From assembly GCA_963734275.1 (NCBI GenBank), contig CAVTGO010000016.1:35097-99096 (forward strand): 64,000 nucleotides of DNA, in the 5' to 3' direction. Shown piece by piece: positions 61,950 through 64,000 of this stretch. Under the pieces are notes generated by a model, which was not told the DNA's origin, did not search any database, and saw only the letters and a list, made by a program, of their open reading frames with translations. Every line of letters starts with the position of its first letter. Position 1 is the stretch's first letter. Made by a program: the position numbers and the translations under genes. The stretch comes from an uncultured Actinomycetes bacterium (GTDB taxonomy: Bacteria; Actinomycetota; UBA4738; HRBIN12).

Positions 61950-62516
61950 TTGAGACCGCTCCGATACTCGATCAACGTCACTCTCGACGGCTGCTGCGAT
62001 CACCGGGTGATCCCCGCGGACGAGGAGTTGCATCGCCATTTCGCCGACGAGCTGGAACGAGCCGATGCCCTGCTCTTTGGCCGGGTGACCTACGAGATGA
62101 TGGAGGCAGCGTGGCGGCAGCCGGAGACGGGAACGTGGCCTGACTGGATGGCTGATTGGATGCTCCCCTTCGCCCGGACGATCCACGGGGCAAAGAAGTA
62201 CGTCGTGTCGGGCACGCTGGACCGTGTCGATTGGAACGCGGAGCTCGTGCAGGGTGACCTGGAGAAAGCCGTTCAGCAGCTCAAGGGGGAGCCTGGCAGC
62301 GGCCTGTACGTGGGCGGCGTGACCCTCCCGCTGGCCTTGGCGGATCTGGGATTGATCGATGAGTACGAGTTCGTCGTGCAGCCCATCCTGGCGGGCCACG
62401 GGCCGACGCTGTTCGCCGGCCTGAGCGAGCGGCTCGAGCTGAGGCTCGTGGGCCGCCGGGAATTCCGGTCGGGGGCGGTGGCTCTGCGTTACCAGCCCAG
62501 TCGAGCCACGGCTTGA
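61950..62516 (+). CDS. dihydrofolate reductase-like family protein
   Basis: SINVTLDGCCDH, LLFGRVTYEMM, KKYVVS, LIDEYEFVVQP. Confidence 0.9.
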   Translation: MRPLRYSINVTLDGCCDHRVIPADEELHRHFADELERADALLFGRVTYEMMEAAWRQPETGTWPDWMADWMLPFARTIHGAKKYVVSGTLDRVDWNAELVQGDLEKAVQQLKGEPGSGLYVGGVTLPLALADLGLIDEYEFVVQPILAGHGPTLFAGLSERLELRLVGRREFRSGAVALRYQPSRATA

Positions 62517-62643
62517 AGGTATTCAAGATGTCCTGATGGTTCACGCGCCCCGGCGCGTCCGGCGCGTTTTCGCCGGGTGGGGCTCCCCATCGCCGGGGCA
62601 GATCCGTTTGCACCCATGCGAACGGACGCTCAGGATAGGTGCG

Positions 62644-64000
62644 TGGATACCCCCGAGACCAAGTACGCGAAGACCGCCGATGGTGTTCACATCGCGTACC
62701 AGACCAGTGGGCGAAGCTGCGGTCGATATCGTCTTCGTGATGGCCTGGACGACCCACATCGAGCTGATGTGGAAGGAGCCGACGCTCGCGCGATTTTTCT
62801 CGCGACTGGCAGCGTTCTCACGGTTGATCCTCTTCGACAAGCGTGGCACGGGACTCTCCGACCGCGTCTCCGACGATCGGCTCCCGCCTCTCGAGGTCCG
62901 GATGGATGACGCGAGGGCTGTCATGGACGCGGTCGGCTCCGAACGCGCCATCGTGCTGGGTTTCTCGGAAGGTGGTCCGATGGCGACGGTGTTCGCCGCG
63001 ACGTATCCGGAGCGGACCATCGCGCTCGTTCTCTTCGGAACCAGCGCGTGCTGGAGACCGACGGTTGACTACCCGTTCCCGGTGCCCACCGACGAGGAGC
63101 ATGACCAGTACGTGGAACGTCTGGGGCGGATCTGGGGCACGCGGGAGTTCGCGGCGCAAGAATTAGGAGAGTGGGGCGCACCGACGCTCGCGAACGATGA
63201 TCACACGATCGGTTGGCTCGCGGACTACCTCCGTCACGCCGCGAGCCCGGGAGCCGCGATCGCGCTCGAGCGGATGAACCGTGGGATCGATGTCCGACCG
63301 GCGCTGCCGGCGATCCACGTCCCGACGCTCGTCCTCGCCCGGGACGGCGACCTGCTCTTCGCCGCCGAGGAGTCCAAGTGGATGGCGGATCAGATCCACG
63401 GTGCACGCTTCGTCTCGTTCCCCGGCGTCGATCACTTCTTCTGGGCGGGGAACCAGGACGAGCTGCTCGGCGAGATCGAGCGGTTCGTCGCGGAGGTCGG
63501 CAACGAGGAGACCGACCTCAACCGCGTGCTCGCGACGGTGATGTTCACCGACATCGTCGGGTCGACGGCCAAGACCGCTGAGCTCGGTGACCGCGGCTGG
63601 GCGAATCTCCTGGATCGTCATCACGGCGCCGTCCGAGCGCTCCTCGGCCGGTTCCGCGGGACCGAAGTGGACACGGCCGGGGACGGGTTCTTCGCCACGT
63701 TCGACGGCCCCGCGCGTGCTGTCCGGTGCGCACAGGCCATCTGCGACGCGGTTCGCGACTTCGGGCTCGAGGTGCGCGCCGGCGTGCACACAGGGGAGAT
63801 CGAGAGGACGGCCGGCAACGTCGGAGGGATCGCCGTGAACGTCGGCGCTAGGATCGCAGCACTCGCGGCCCCGTCCGAGGTTCTCGTTTCTCAAACGGTC
63901 AGGGACCTCGTTTCGGGTTCGGGCCTCACCTTCGGAGACGCTGGCGAGCACGAGCTGAAGGGTGTCCCCGACCGCTGGCATCTCTACCGGCTGGTCAGCC
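62644..64000 (+). CDS. LipJ-like hydrolase + adenylate/guanylate cyclase (frameshift near 62705; runs off window)
   Basis: TPETKYAK...IAYQ, FDKRGTGLSD, GFSEGG, MFTDIVGST, TAGDGFFA, ELKGVPDRW. Confidence 0.85.

Overview
High-GC (~70%) bacterial DNA, most likely from an Actinomycetota (AdnAB pair, LipJ-type cyclases, SARP/BTAD-STAND regulators, many leaderless TANNNT-N6-start genes). The left part is mostly core or ordinary accessory content: AdnAB helicase-nuclease, ArsR/SRPBCC/DHFR-like genes, a site-2 protease, an ECF sigma/anti-sigma pair, DUF72 and an OmpR-type two-component system with acidic secreted proteins. The middle and right are a mosaic: a frameshifted giant Ig/PKD surface protein, two paralogous SARP-kinase-STAND-TM-WD40 proteins, a lower-GC island (DUF6338-like gene with repeated peptides, Mrr-like nuclease) and a run of small accessory genes punctuated by a recurring ~35-40 bp junction motif. 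The top finding is an unannotated 27-aa peptide gene (MKLVKRLAVAMGSLLALAFAGGAHIRW, 44488-44571, minus strand) with its own RBS and terminator. It is divergent from a multi-TM NarL-class histidine kinase that converges on a DUF5317-type membrane protein with LspA-like Asp motifs, making a candidate peptide-signalling (quorum-sensing-like) system. Many single-base frameshifts are probably long-read consensus errors. No rRNA, tRNA or CRISPR array was found. Family names are from motif recognition only; no database searches were run.
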